Positions 61,882-64,000 of a stretch of 64,000 bases of DNA are shown here, in pieces. The stretch spans positions 64,001 to 128,000 of the forward strand of contig CAVYNY010000030.1 of assembly GCA_963769935.1 (NCBI GenBank). Direction: 5' to 3'. Below the pieces are notes generated by a model. It made no database searches. It saw nothing but the letters and a program-made list of their open reading frames with translations, and was not told where the DNA came from. Position 1 is the first letter of the stretch, and the number at the start of each line of letters is the position of its first letter. Both the position numbers and the translations under genes were made by a program. The stretch comes from an uncultured delta proteobacterium. Its GTDB lineage: Bacteria; Desulfobacterota; Desulfobacteria; Desulfobacterales; JAFDCJ01.

Positions 61882-62233
61882 CTTATCTGCAAGTTCCTTT
61901 AATTTATGAATTTCAATCAGTGAAAATAAAATAGGCGAGATTGGCCTGCCGTGCATTAAAATGCGCGCATTTTTTTTGTATATCAGTGCAAAAATACCGC
62001 TAATTCGAGTTTCAAGACGGCGTTTCAATGGTTGCAGGATTCCAAAGCTGCTTGGAGATGTCTTGACACTGGCTAAAGAGAGGAATTGATAGGAAAATAG
62101 CGCTTGAAGAGCGCGATGGAATCTGCAGACACATATTGAATGAAAAATTTGCGCCAACGCAATGAATATATTAATCAAAGCAGTGTTGCTGCTTCGGAGC
62201 CACCCTTTGTTGGCCGCCCTCCTGATCCTTTCT

Positions 62234-62265
62234 GGCAGCCCTCCGGCAGAGCCGGGAGGGCTGCC
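62234..62265 (-). terminator. GC-rich hairpin downstream of the tannase-family gene
   Basis: GGCAGCCCTCCGGC-AGA-GCCGGGAGGGCTGCC. Confidence 0.65.
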
Positions 62266-62274
62266 TAAAGGAAA

Positions 62275-64000
62275 TTAATAAGTAGCGCAGGTGAAGCTTG
62301 ATGCCAGGTTGACATCACCGGATTCCTTTATATTTCGGCCAACTCGGATATTCGCACAGCGGACGGGTGCGCCCCGGTACACCGACGCTATCGGTTACAA
62401 TTTGATTCGTCGGAGCGAGTCCTTTTTCCACCCAGTTTTCAAGCGCGGTAAGCGAGTCCCAGGAAGCGTTGAACACTGAACTGAGTGCATGGCCATAACC
62501 CGGGACCTCGTAAAACCTGACAAAGGTGTCGACCTTCGCATGTCCCATTTGAGCTACCAATTGCTGGTAGTATTGCTCGGTAGAACGGGTGGCGACAAGC
62601 ACATCGGAAATACCATGGGCCATCAGCAACTTACCGCCGCGGGCGGCGAACGCAGAAATATCGGTTTTCGCGGTAAACAGAGCGCTGAGTTCGCTGATGC
62701 GACTGCCCCAAGCTCCGGGGTTTTCGGGGTCGAGATTGTAAGAGTCGAAATCCGGGTCTCGCGTCACCATATACTTGATCCACTGGTCAACCATCAGACT
62801 GATATATGGTCCGGTCTGGGCCTGGGGATTTTTCGGCTGAGTTGTTCCGAGGGCCAGCCATTTCACATATTTCTCTATTGGGCTTCCGGTATCCATGCCG
62901 AGATCGCTACCCCACATATTGTAACCGGGAAATTGCGTGTCGCCGCTGGCAAGAAAGTAGTTGAATTGTGTATCTGTACCGAGCGCCTTCAACGCTGTGA
63001 TCTGCGCATCCGAGAGACAGGTGTCGCCGGTGTCTTTTCCGTCCGGGCAGCGCAATGGAGCGCCTTTAAAGGTCGCTTTCGCGGGATCGAATATCGCGTT
63101 ACATTTCACCTGGTAGCTGACCAGGCCATCGGCAACTCCATCCAAGGCATCGCAAGCCTCCATTGCTGCATCAAAGATCAGCTTCTTCTTTGCCTGGTTG
63201 GGATAGGCCCCCGGCTTTGATAGTTCAAGGTTCACCTTGTGGCCGGCAAGCCAGGCGGGAACATTAGTCCATACCGGATACCAGGCGATAGCCCCGTTCC
63301 AGTCAGCGGGCCAGCGCTGGATAGCGGTTAGCGCTTCGCGTCCGCCGGTTGATCCGCCTGCAAAATACATCTTGGCAGGTCTTTTGCCATAGCGGGCGTT
63401 GATGATTGCGAGTGCAGCATCGTGGGTTTTCTTCAATGCGTCGCCGCTGAAGTTGCGCACAGCCTCTTCGTTGATGAAAGACGAGCCGTCCTGCGAGCCA
63501 TATTTGCCGGCCTGGTGACCGGAGTCACTGCCGAAGGTAGCATAGCTTTGCCCTAAAGGCGTCGGTTGATTCGCCGGACCGGCGGGCACATTCTGGGCTA
63601 CATTCGGGATACGGCCGTTGAAACCCCCGCCGCCGAACATCAGCGCTTTCTCGTTCCATTTTGTAGGCAGGGCGACATGGAACAGAATTTTCGGCGCATC
63701 GGGGTCCACGGGATTGATTTCGCCTTTCACCAGGCAATATTCTCCGATGGCTTTGGCACCTGTCAGGAGTTTGCCCTCTTTACCGTCTTTATCCTTTTCT
63801 CTGGCCGCTGGGACTACTTCTGTGCTGGTGACCATGGCCCCGGTGGCCGGCAAGCCGATCGAAGCGGCGGGAATCACCATGCCGTTGAGTTCCTCGCAGG
63901 TCATTGTTGCAGCGGCCGAGGCACTGTTACCAAATCCGATAGGTCCAAGGCCAATGATTGCTGCTACGGCCAACACCACGGTAAATAACTTTATTCTGCA
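62275..64000 (-). CDS. Exported tannase/feruloyl-esterase family alpha/beta hydrolase; start just beyond the window, +1 indel near 62323
   Basis: GGGGFNG, SDSGH, GGSTGGREAL, CDALDGVADG, GGKLLMAHG, PGYGH, LENWVEKG, RTRPLC. Removing one base restores the typical end YKGSGDVNLASSFTCATY*. Confidence 0.88.

Noticed and set aside
62138..62157. Minus-strand sigma54-like TGGCGCAAATTTTTCA
   Set aside because: The -12 element reads TC instead of GC; too weak to call.
61882..62178. N-terminal 99 aa of the 425-aa permease ORF
   Set aside because: AT-rich, promoter-like sequence; permease similarity starts near MLLSRL.

Overview
Bacterial chromosomal window made up almost entirely of transport and catabolism modules. 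It is probably from a Desulfobacterota/deltaproteobacterial genome (inferred from gene content and intergenic repeat style). Left to right: (1) a branched-chain-amino-acid-type ABC operon in which all five genes carry single-base indels, most likely sequencing errors; (2) an RsbW-like gene and a [CMP-kinase-like, TauE/TSUP exporter, DUF1634-like, CMP-kinase-like, His kinase, response regulator] operon; (3) a scar region with RND-pump and phosphotransferase remnants; (4) a ROK-regulated sugar locus with a Gfo/Idh/MocA oxidoreductase, a TIM-barrel protein, xylA, two sugar ABC systems (one xylFHG-like) and an MtaA/UroD-family protein; (5) a ferritin-like gene and a cstA / small protein / ArsA-GET3 ATPase / unknown cluster; (6) a convergent block bounded by two paralogous GntR genes, holding TAXI-TRAP, a CoA-transferase, a dctP flanked by MITE-like repeats, DctQM, a lactonase-like hydrolase, a PqaA-like hydrolase and an Opp/Dpp ABC system; (7) a roughly 14-kb minus-strand locus, the most unusual part. 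It has an exported tannase/feruloyl-esterase-family enzyme, a CUT2 sugar-type ABC importer whose permease is fused to a strictosidine-synthase/SMP-30 beta-propeller, a second free propeller, and recent duplicates of both the binding protein and an acyl-CoA ligase whose differences cluster in predicted substrate pockets. I found no rRNA, tRNA, CRISPR array, integrase or transposase.
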